DNA of 64,000 bases from the human T2T-CHM13v2.0 reference genome, Homo sapiens: NCBI RefSeq assembly GCF_009914755.1, contig NC_060939.1, one strand, 5' to 3'. The notes under the pieces were generated by a model, which was given only the letters and a program-made list of their open reading frames with translations, had not been told where the DNA came from and ran no database searches. Shown in pieces: positions 1 to 12,158 of this stretch. The position numbers were made by a program, and so were the translations under genes. Every line of letters begins with the position of its first letter. The stretch's first letter is position 1.

Positions 1-892
1 CCATTTCACTCCATTCGATTCCATTCCACTCGATTCCACTTCGTTCCATTTCATTGCATTCCGTTCTATTCAACTCTATTGCCTTCCATTCCATTCCATT
101 CGATTACATTCCATGCGATTCCATTCGAAATCGAATCAATTACATTGCAATCCATTACTATTGAGTCCGTTTTATTCCAGTCCACTGCATTCTGGTCCAT
201 TCCATTTGATTCCATTCCATTTTATTCCATTCCATACAGTTGCATTCCATTGGATTCCATGCTATATCTATAAATTCAATTCGAGACCATTGCTTTTGAG
301 TCCATTCTATATGTTTCCATTCCATTCAAGTCCATTACATTTGGTTCAATTCCATTCCATTCCATTCCCTTCCATTCCATTCCAGTTGATATCAATCCAT
401 TCGATTCCATTCCATTCGAGCACATTCCATTCGAGTCCATTCCATTCGATGCCATTCCATTTGATTCTATTCCATTAGTCTCCATTCAATTCCATTAATC
501 TCCATTCCATTCCATTCTACTCCAACTGATTCCATTCCATTCTATTCCTTTCCATTCCATTTCATTCCATTCCATTCCATTTCATTCCATTCCATTCCAT
601 TCGCTTCCATTCCATTCGTGTCCATTCCACTCCAGTCCATTCCATTCGTGTCCATTCCATTCCAGTCCATTCCATTTGTGTCCACTGCATTCCATTCCAC
701 TCCATTCCATATTATTCCATTACACTCCATTCCATTCTATTACTTTCATTTCCATTCAATTCCATTCCATTTGATTCCATTCCACTCGGTTTCATTCCAT
801 TTGAATCCACTCCATTCCATTCCATTCCATTCCACTCAGTTCCATTCTATTCTGTTCCATTCCATTCCGTTCCATTGCATTCCATTCCATTC

Positions 893-2701
893 GGTACCAT
901 TCCATATTGTTCCATTCGATTCCATTCGAATCCATTCCATTCCAGTCCATTCCATTCGATTCCATTCCATTCCTTTCAATTCCATTCCATTCCATTCCAT
1001 TCCATTCCACTTGATTCCACTCCATTCCCTTCCACTGCATTCCATTCTATTCCATTCCATTGCATTGCGTTCCATTCCATTGGACTGCATTCCATTCGAT
1101 TCCATTCCATTCGAATCAATTACATAGCAATCCATTACATTCGAGTCTATTCTATTCCGTTCCATTCGATTTCATTCCAATCCATTCGATTCCATTCCAT
1201 TCGATTCCATTCCATACTATTGCATTCCATTCGATTACATTATATTCGAATAAGTTCCATTCAAGACCATTTCTTTTGAGTCCATTCTATTTGAGTCCAT
1301 TCCCTTTGATTCCATAACCTTTGAGTCCATTCAATTCCATTCCTTTCGTTTCCATTCCATTTGATGCCATTCCATTCAATTCTGTTCTACTCGACTCCAA
1401 TACATTCAATTCCATTCCATCCGATTCCATTACATTCTTTTCATTTCTTATCCATTTCAAGCCATTCCACTCCACTCCATTCCACTCGTTTCCTTTCCAT
1501 TCGAGTCCATTCCTCTCCAGTCCATTCCGTTCAATCCATTCCATTCCAGTCCATTCCATTCGAGTCCGTTCCATTCCAGTCCATTCCATTCGAGTCAATT
1601 CCATTCCATTCAATGTCTTTCCATAACGATCCATTCCATTCTATTCCTTTCGATTCCATTCCATTCTATTTCATTCCATTCGATTCCCTTCCATTGGACT
1701 CCTTTATATTCGAGTGCATTCCATTCCGTTCCATTTCTTTCCGTTCTGTACGATTCCTACCGTTCGATTTCATTTTGTTCCAGTCCATTCCTTTCGCGTC
1801 CATTCCATTCCATTTCACTCCATTCGATTCCATTCCACTCGATTCCACTTCGTTCCATTTCATTGCATTCCGTTCTATTCAACTCTATTGCCTTCCATTC
1901 CATTCCATTCGATTACATTCCATGCGATTCCATTCGAAATCGAATCAATTACATTGCAATCCATTACTATTGAGTCCGTTTTATTCCAGTCCACTGCATT
2001 CTGGTCCATTCCATTTGATTCCATTCCATTTTATTCCATTCCATACAGTTGCATTCCATTGGATTCCATGCTATATCTATAAATTCAATTCGAGACCATT
2101 GCTTTTGAGTCCATTCTATATGTTTCCATTCCATTCAAGTCCATTACATTTGGTTCAATTCCATTCCATTCCATTCCCTTCCATTCCATTCCAGTTGATA
2201 TCAATCCATTCGATTCCATTCCATTCGAGCACATTCCATTCGAGTCCATTCCATTCGATGCCATTCCATTTGATTCTATTCCATTAGTCTCCATTCAATT
2301 CCATTAATCTCCATTCCATTCCATTCTACTCCAACTGATTCCATTCCATTCTATTCCTTTCCATTCCATTTCATTCCATTCCATTCCATTTCATTCCATT
2401 CCATTCCATTCGCTTCCATTCCATTCGTGTCCATTCCACTCCAGTCCATTCCATTCGTGTCCATTCCATTCCAGTCCATTCCATTTGTGTCCACTGCATT
2501 CCATTCCACTCCATTCCATATTATTCCATTACACTCCATTCCATTCTATTACTTTCATTTCCATTCAATTCCATTCCATTTGATTCCATTCCACTCGGTT
2601 TCATTCCATTTGAATCCACTCCATTCCATTCCATTCCATTCCACTCAGTTCCATTCCATTCTGTTCCATTCCATTGCGTTCCATTGCATTCCATTCCATT
2701 C
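893..2701 (+). repeat. Representative ~1.8-kb monomer (KpnI-to-KpnI, 1809 bp)
   Basis: GGTACC at 893-898 and 2702-2707. Landmarks present once per monomer include CGAATAAGTTCC, CATAACGATCC, CTGTACGATTCCTACCG, TTTCGCGTCC, CGAAATCG, CTATATCTATAAAT, GATATC (EcoRV) and CGAGCAC. Confidence 0.95.
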
Positions 2702-5700
2702 GGTACCATTCCATATTGTTCCATTCGATTCCATTCGAATCCATTCCATTCCAGTCCATTCCATTCGATTCCATTCCATTCCTTTCAATTCCATTCCATT
2801 CCATTCCATTCCACTTGATGACACTCCATTCCCTTCCACTGCATTCCATTCGATTCCGTTCCATTGCATTGCGTTCCATTCCATTGGACTGCATTCCATT
2901 CGATTCCATTCCATTCGAATCAATTACATAGCAATCCATTACATTCGAGTCTATTCTATTCCGTTCCATTCGATTTCATTCCAATCCATTCGATTCCATT
3001 CCATTCGATTCCATTCCATACTATTGCATTCCATTCGATTACATTATATTCGAATAAGTTCCATTCAAGACCATTTCTTTTGAGTCCATTCTATTTGAGT
3101 CCATTCCCTTTGATTCCATAACATTTGAGTCCATTCAATTCCATTCCTTTCGTTTCCATTCCATTTGATGCCATTCCATTCAATTCTGTTCTACTCGACT
3201 CCAATACATTCAATTCCATTCCATCCGATTCCATTACATTCTTTTCATTTCTTATCCATTTCAAGCCATTCCACTCCATTCCATTCCACTCGTTTCCTTT
3301 CCATTCGAGTCCATTCCTCTCCAGTCCATTCCGTTCAATCCATTCCATTCCATTCGAGTCCGTTCCATTCCAGTCCATTCCATTCGAGTCAATTCCATTC
3401 CATTCGATGTCTTTCCATAACGATCCATTCCATTCTATTCCTTTCGATTCCATTCCATTCTATTTCATTCCATTCGATTCCCTTCCATTGGACTCCTTTC
3501 CATTCGAGTGCATTCCATTCCGTTCCATTTCTTTCCGTTCTGTACGATTCCTACCGTTCGATTTCATTTTGTTCCAGTCCATTCCTTTCGCGTCCATTCC
3601 ATTCCATTTCACTCCATTCGATTCCATTCCACTCGATTCCACTTCGTTCCATTTCATTGCATTCCATTCTATTTAACTCTATTGCCTTCCATTCCATTCC
3701 ATTCGATTACATTCCATGCGATTCCATTCGAAATCGAATCAATTACATTGCAATCCATTACTATTGAGTCCGTTTTATTCCAGTCCACTGCATTCTGGTC
3801 CATTCCATTTGATTCCATTCCATTCTATTCCATTCCATACAGTTGCATTCCATTGGATTCCATTCTATATCTTTAAATTCAATTCGAGACCATTGCTTTT
3901 GAGTCCATTCTATATGATTCCATTCCATTGAAGTCCATTACATTTGGTTCAATTCCATTCCATTCCATTCCCTTCCATTCCATTCCAATTGATATCAATC
4001 CATTCGATTCCATTCCATTCGAGCACATTCCATTCGAGTCCATTCCATTCGATGCCATTCCATTTGATTCTATTCCATTAGTCTCCATTCAATTCCATTA
4101 ATCTCCATTCCATTCCATTCTACTCCAACTGATTCCATTCCATTCTATTCCTTTCCATTCCATTTCATACCATTCCATTCCATTTCATTCCATTCCATTC
4201 CATTCGTGTCCTTTCCACTCCATTCCATTCCATTCGTGTCCATTCCATTCCAGTCCATTACATTTGTGTCCACTGCATTCCATTCCACTCCATTCCATAT
4301 TATTCCATTACACTCCATTCCATTCTATTACTTTCATTTCCATTCAATTCCATTCCATTTGATTCCATTCCACTTGGTTTCATTCCATTTGAGTCCACTC
4401 CATTCCATTTCATTCCATTCCATTCAGTTCCATTCCATTCTGTTCCAATCCATTCCATTCCATTGCATTCCATTCCATTCGGTACCATTCCATATTGTTC
4501 CATTCGATTCCATTCGAATCCATTCCATTCCAGTCCATTCCATTCGATTCCATTCCATTCCTTTACATTCCATTCCATTCCATTCCATTCCATTCCACTT
4601 GATTCCACTCCATTCCCTTCCACTGCATTCCATTCTATTCCATTCCATTGCATTGCGTTCCATTCCATTGGACTGCATTCCATTCGATTCCATTCCATTC
4701 GAATCAATTACATAGCAATCCATTACATTCGAGTCTATTCTATTCCGTTCCATTCGATTTCATTCCAATCCATTCGATTCCATTCCATTCGATTCCATTC
4801 CATACTATTGCATTCCATTCGATTACATTATATTCGAATAAGTTCCATTCAAGACCATTTCTTTTGAGTCCATTCTATTTGAGTCCATTCCCTTTGATTC
4901 CATAACCTTTGAGTCCATTCAATTCCATTCCTTTCGTTTCCATTCCATTTGATGCCATTCCATTCAATTCTGTTCTACTCGACTCCAATACATTCAATTC
5001 CATTCCATCCGATTCCATTACATTCTTTTCATTTCTTATCCATTTCAAGCCATTCCACTCCACTCCATTCCACTCGTTTCCTTTCCATTCGAGTCCATTC
5101 CTCTCCAGTCCATTCCGTTCAATCCATTCCATTCCAGTCCATTCCATTCGAGTCCGTTCCATTCCAGTCCATTCCATTCGAGTCAATTCCATTCCATTCA
5201 ATGTCTTTCCATAACGATCCATTCCATTCTATTCCTTTCGATTCCATTCCATTCTATTTCATTCCATTCGATTCCCTTCCATTGGACTCCTTTATATTCG
5301 AGTGCATTCCATTCCGTTCCATTTCTTTCCGTTCTGTACGATTCCTACCGTTCGATTTCATTTTGTTCCAGTCCATTCCTTTCGCGTCCATTCCATTCCA
5401 TTTCACTCCATTCGATTCCATTCCACTCGATTCCACTTCGTTCCATTTCATTGCATTCCGTTCTATTCAACTCTATTGCCTTCCATTCCATTCCATTCGA
5501 TTACATTCCATGCGATTCCATTCGAAATCGAATCAATTACATTGCAATCCATTACTATTGAGTCCGTTTTATTCCAGTCCACTGCATTCTGGTCCATTCC
5601 ATTTGATTCCATTCCATTTTATTCCATTCCATACAGTTGCATTCCATTGGATTCCATGCTATATCTATAAATTCAATTCGAGACCATTGCTTTTGAGTCC

Positions 5701-8223
5701 ATTCTATATGTTTCCATTCCATTCAAGTCCATTACATTTGGTTCAATTCCATTCCATTCCATTCCCTTCCATTCCATTCCAGTTGATATCAATCCATTCG
5801 ATTCCATTCCATTCGAGCACATTCCATTCGAGTCCATTCCATTCGATGCCATTCCATTTGATTCTATTCCATTAGTCTCCATTCAATTCCATTAATCTCC
5901 ATTCCATTCCATTCTACTCCAACTGATTCCATTCCATTCTATTCCTTTCCATTCCATTTCATTCCATTCCATTCCATTTCATTCCATTCCATTCCATTCG
6001 CTTCCATTCCATTCGTGTCCATTCCACTCCAGTCCATTCCATTCGTGTCCATTCCATTCCAGTCCATTCCATTTGTGTCCACTGCATTCCATTCCACTCC
6101 ATTCCATATTATTCCATTACACTCCATTCCATTCTATTACTTTCATTTCCATTCAATTCCATTCCATTTGATTCCATTCCACTCGGTTTCATTCCATTTG
6201 AATCCACTCCATTCCATTCCATTCCATTCCACTCAGTTCCATTCCATTCTGTTCCATTCCATTGCGTTCCATTGCATTCCATTCCATTCGGTACCATTCC
6301 ATATTGTTCCATTCGATTCCATTCGAATCCATTCCATTCCAGTCCATTCCATTCGATTCCATTCCATTCCTTTCAATTCCATTCCATTCCATTCCATTCC
6401 ACTTGATGACACTCCATTCCCTTCCACTGCATTCCATTCGATTCCGTTCCATTGCATTGCGTTCCATTCCATTGGACTGCATTCCATTCGATTCCATTCC
6501 ATTCGAATCAATTACATAGCAATCCATTACATTCGAGTCTATTCTATTCCGTTCCATTCGATTTCATTCCAATCCATTCGATTCCATTCCATTCGATTCC
6601 ATTCCATACTATTGCATTCCATTCGATTACATTATATTCGAATAAGTTCCATTCAAGACCATTTCTTTTGAGTCCATTCTATTTGAGTCCATTCCCTTTG
6701 ATTCCATAACATTTGAGTCCATTCAATTCCATTCCTTTCGTTTCCATTCCATTTGATGCCATTCCATTCAATTCTGTTCTACTCGACTCCAATACATTCA
6801 ATTCCATTCCATCCGATTCCATTACATTCTTTTCATTTCTTATCCATTTCAAGCCATTCCACTCCATTCCATTCCACTCGTTTCCTTTCCATTCGAGTCC
6901 ATTCCTCTCCAGTCCATTCCGTTCAATCCATTCCATTCCATTCGAGTCCGTTCCATTCCAGTCCATTCCATTCGAGTCAATTCCATTCCATTCGATGTCT
7001 TTCCATAACGATCCATTCCATTCTATTCCTTTCGATTCCATTCCATTCTATTTCATTCCATTCGATTCCCTTCCATTGGACTCCTTTCCATTCGAGTGCA
7101 TTCCATTCCGTTCCATTTCTTTCCGTTCTGTACGATTCCTACCGTTCGATTTCATTTTGTTCCAGTCCATTCCTTTCGCGTCCATTCCATTCCATTTCAC
7201 TCCATTCGATTCCATTCCACTCGATTCCACTTCGTTCCATTTCATTGCATTCCATTCTATTTAACTCTATTGCCTTCCATTCCATTCCATTCGATTACAT
7301 TCCATGCGATTCCATTCGAAATCGAATCAATTACATTGCAATCCATTACTATTGAGTCCGTTTTATTCCAGTCCACTGCATTCTGGTCCATTCCATTTGA
7401 TTCCATTCCATTCTATTCCATTCCATACAGTTGCATTCCATTGGATTCCATTCTATATCTTTAAATTCAATTCGAGACCATTGCTTTTGAGTCCATTCTA
7501 TATGATTCCATTCCATTGAAGTCCATTACATTTGGTTCAATTCCATTCCATTCCATTCCCTTCCATTCCATTCCAATTGATATCAATCCATTCGATTCCA
7601 TTCCATTCGAGCACATTCCATTCGAGTCCATTCCATTCGATGCCATTCCATTTGATTCTATTCCATTAGTCTCCATTCAATTCCATTAATCTCCATTCCA
7701 TTCCATTCTACTCCAACTGATTCCATTCCATTCTATTCCTTTCCATTCCATTTCATACCATTCCATTCCATTTCATTCCATTCCATTCCATTCGTGTCCT
7801 TTCCACTCCATTCCATTCCATTCGTGTCCATTCCATTCCAGTCCATTACATTTGTGTCCACTGCATTCCATTCCACTCCATTCCATATTATTCCATTACA
7901 CTCCATTCCATTCTATTACTTTCATTTCCATTCAATTCCATTCCATTTGATTCCATTCCACTTGGTTTCATTCCATTTGAGTCCACTCCATTCCATTTCA
8001 TTCCATTCCATTCAGTTCCATTCCATTCTGTTCCAATCCATTCCATTCCATTGCATTCCATTCCATTCGGTACCATTCCATATTGTTCCATTCGATTCCA
8101 TTCGAATCCATTCCATTCCAGTCCATTCCATTCGATTCCATTCCATTCCTTTACATTCCATTCCATTCCATTCCATTCCATTCCACTTGATTCCACTCCA
8201 TTCCCTTCCACTGCATTCCATTC
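980..8223 (+). repeat. Two near-identical copies of a 3588-bp dimer higher-order unit (1804+1784 bp monomers)
   Basis: ORF pairs with identical translations are offset by 3588 (1361/4949, 3165/6753, 2427/6015, 3125/6713). Private variants ATAACCTT, TTTATATTCG, GATGACAC and a 15-bp deletion near 3340/6928 recur at +3588. Identity breaks at ~978/4566 and at 4636/8224. Confidence 0.9.
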
Positions 8224-11200
8224 GATTCCATTCCATTGCATTGCATTCCATTCCATTGGACTGCATTCCATTCGATCCCATTCCTTTCGAATCAATTACA
8301 TAGCAATCCATTACATTCGAGTCTATTCTATTCCGTTCCATTCGATTTCGTTCCAATCCATTCGATTCCATTCCATTCGATTCCATTCCATACTATTGCA
8401 TTCCATTCTATTACATTATATTCGAATAAGTTCCATTCAAGACCATTTCTTTTGAGTCCATTCTATTTGAGTCCATTTCCTTTGATTCCACAACATTTGA
8501 GTCCATTCAATTCCATTCCTTTCGTTTCCATTCCATTTGATGCCATTCCATTCAATTCTGTTCTACTCGACTCCAATACATTCAATTCCATTCCATCCGA
8601 TTCCATTACATTCTTTTCATTTCTTATCCATTTCAAGCCATTCCACTCCATTCCATTCCACTCGTTTCCTTTCCATTCGAGTCCATTCCTCTCCAGTCCA
8701 TTCCGTTCAATCCATTCCATTCCAGTCCATTCCATTCGAGTCCGTTCCATTCCAGTCCATTCCATTCGAGTCAATTCCATTCCATTCGATGTCTTTCCAT
8801 AACGATCCATTCCATTCTATTCCTTTCGATTCCATTCCATTCTATTTCATTCCATTCGATTCCCTTCCATTGGACTCCTTTCCATTCGAGTGCATTCCAT
8901 TCCGTTCCATTTCTTTCCGTTCTGTACGATTCCTACCGTTCGATTTCATTTTGTTCCAGTCATTTCCTTTCGCGTCCATTCCATTCCTTTTCACTCCATT
9001 CGATTCCATTCCACTCGATTCCACTTCGTTCCATTTCATTGCATTCCATTCTATTCAACTCTATTGCCTTCCATTCCATTCCATTCGATTACATTCCATG
9101 CGATTCCATTCGAAATCGAATCAATTACATTGCAATCCATTACTATTGAGTCCGTTTTATTCCAGTCCACTGCATTCTGGTCCATACCATTTGATTCCAT
9201 TCCATTCTATTCCATTCCATACAGTTGCATTCCATTGGATTCCATGCTATATCTATAAATTCAATTCGAGACCATTGCTTTTGAGTCCATTCTATATGAT
9301 TCCATTCCATTCAAGTCCATTACATTTGGTTAAATTCCATTCCATTCGGTTCAATTCCATTCCATTCCATTCCCTTCCATTCCATTCCAGTTGATATCAA
9401 TCCATTCGATTCCATTCCATTCGAGCACATTCCATTCGAGTCCATTCCATTCGATGCCATTCCATTTGATTCTATTCCATTAGTCTCCATTCAATTCCAT
9501 TAATCTCCATTCCATTCCATTCTACTCCAACTGATTCCATTCCATTCTGTTCCTTTCCATTCCATTTCATTCCATTCCATTCCATTCCATTCCATTCCAT
9601 TCCATTCTTGTCCATTCCACTCCAGTCCATTCCATTCGTGTCCATTCCATTCCAGTCCATTCCATTTGTGTCCACTGCATTCCATTCCACTCCATTCCAT
9701 ATTATTCCATTACACTCCATTCCATTCTATTACTTTCATTTCCATTCAATTCCATTCCATTTGATTCCATTCCACTCGGTTTCATTCCATTTGAGTCCAC
9801 TCCATTCCATTCCATTCCATTCCATTCAGTTCCATTCCATTCTGTTCCATTCCATTCCGTTCCATTACATTCCATTCCATTCGGTACCATTCCATATTGT
9901 TCCATTCGATTCCATTCGAATCCATTCCATTCCAGTCCATTCCATTCGATTCCATTCCATTCATTTCAATTCCATTCCATTCCATTCCATTCCATTCCAC
10001 TTGATTCCTCTCCATTCCCTTCCACTGCATTCCGTTCGATTCCATTCCATTGCATTGCATTCCATTCCATTGGATTGCATTCCATTCGATTCCATTCCAT
10101 TCGAATCAATTACATAGCAATCCATTACATTCGAGTCTATTCTCTTCCGTTCCATTCGATTTCGTTCCAATCCATTCGATTCCATTCCATTCGATTCCAT
10201 TCCATACTACTGCATTCCATTCGATTACATTATATTCGAATAAGTTCCATTCAAGACCATTTCTTTTGAGTCCATTCTATTTGAGTCCATTCCCTTTGAT
10301 TCCATAACATTTGAGTCCATTCAATTCCATTCCTTTCGTTTCCATTCCATTTGATGCCATTCCATTCAATTCTGTTCTACTCGACTCCAATACATTCAAT
10401 TCCATTCCATCCGATTCCATTACATTCTTTTCATTTCTTATCCATTTCAAGCCATTCCACTCCATTCCATTCCACTCGTTTCCTTTCCATTCGAGTCCAT
10501 TCCTCTCCAGTCCATTCCGTTCAATCCATTCCATTCCAGTCCATTCCATTCGAGTCCGTTCCATTCCAGTCCATTCCATTCGAGTCAATTCCATTCCATT
10601 CGATGTCTTTCCATAACGATCCATTCCATTCTATTCCTTTCGATTCCATTCCATTCTATTTCATTCCATTCGATTCCCTTCCATTGGACTCCTTTCCATT
10701 CGAGTGCATTCCATTCCGTTCCATTTCTTTCCGTTCTGTACGATTCCTACCGTTCGATTTCATTTTGTTCCAGTCCATTCTTTCGCGTCCATTCCATTCC
10801 ATTTCACTCCATTCGATTCCATTCCACTCGATTCCACTTCGTTCCATTTCATTGCATTCCATTCTATTCAACTCTATTGCCTTCCATTCCATTCCATTCG
10901 ATTACATTCCATGCGATTCCATTCGAAATCGAATCAATTACATTGCAATCCATTACTATTGAGTCCGTTTTATTCCAGTCCACGGCATTCTGGTCCATTC
11001 CATTTGATTCCATTCCATTCTATTCCATTCCATACAGTTGCATTCCATTGGATTCCATGCTATATCTATAAATTCAATTCGAGACCATTGCTTTTGAGTC
11101 CATTCTATATGATTCCATTCCATTCAAGTCCATTACATTTGGTTCAATTCCATTCCATTCGGTTCAATTCCATTCCATTCCATTCCCTTCCATTCCATTC

Positions 11201-12158
11201 CAGTTGATATCAATCCATTCGATTCCATTCCATTCGAGCACATTCCATTCGAGTCCATTCCATTCGATGCCATTCCATTTGATTCTATTCCATTAGTCTC
11301 CATTCAATTCCATTAATCTCCATTCCATTCCATTCTACTCCAACTGATTCCATTCCATTCTATTCCTTTCCATTCCATTTCATTCCATTCCATTCCATTC
11401 CATTCCATTCCATTCCATTCCATTCGTGTCCATTCCACTCCAGTCCATTCCATTCGTATCCATTCCATTCCAGTCCATTCCATTTGTGTCCACTGCATTC
11501 CATTCCACTCCATTCCATATTATTCCATTACACTCCATTCCATTCTATTACTTTCATTTCCATTCAATTCCATTCCATTTGATTCCATTCCACTCGGTTT
11601 CATTCCATTTGAGTCCACTCCATTCCATTCCATTCCATTCAGTTCCATTCCATTCTGTTCCATTCCATTCCGTTCCATTACATTCCATTCCATTCGATAC
11701 CATTCCATATTGTTCCATTCGATTCCATTCGAATCCATTCCATTCCAGTCCATTCCATTCGATTCCATTCCATTCATTTCAATTCCATTCCATTCCATTC
11801 CATTCCACTTGATTCCACTCCATTCCCTTCCACTGCATTCCATTCGATTCCATTCCATTGCATTGCATTCCATTCCATTGGATTGCATTCCATTCGATTC
11901 CATTCCATTCGAATCAATTACATAGCAATCCATTACATTCGAGTCTATTCTATTCCGTTCCATTCGATTTCGTTCCAATCCATTCGATTCCATTCCATTC
12001 GATTCCATTCCATACTATTGCATTCCATTCGATTATATTATATTCGAATAAGTTCCATTCAAGACCATTTCTTTTGAGTCCATTCTATTTGAGTCCATTC
12101 CCTTTGATTCCATAACATTTGAGTCCATTCAATTCCATTCCTTTCGTTTCCATTCCAT

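Noticed and set aside
1848-1864. CENP-B box-like CTTCGTT
   Set aside because: Only the 5' TTCG half is present; the essential A..CGGG is absent, and this is not alpha satellite.
1361-2287. 308-aa + strand ORF repeated in most monomers, plus other IPFHS-rich ORFs
   Set aside because: (CATTC)n has no stop codon in any frame and translates as IPFHS repeats. The ORF is frameshifted or truncated in several monomers (3165, 8537, 10351, 30031), starts at TTG and has no recognisable domain.
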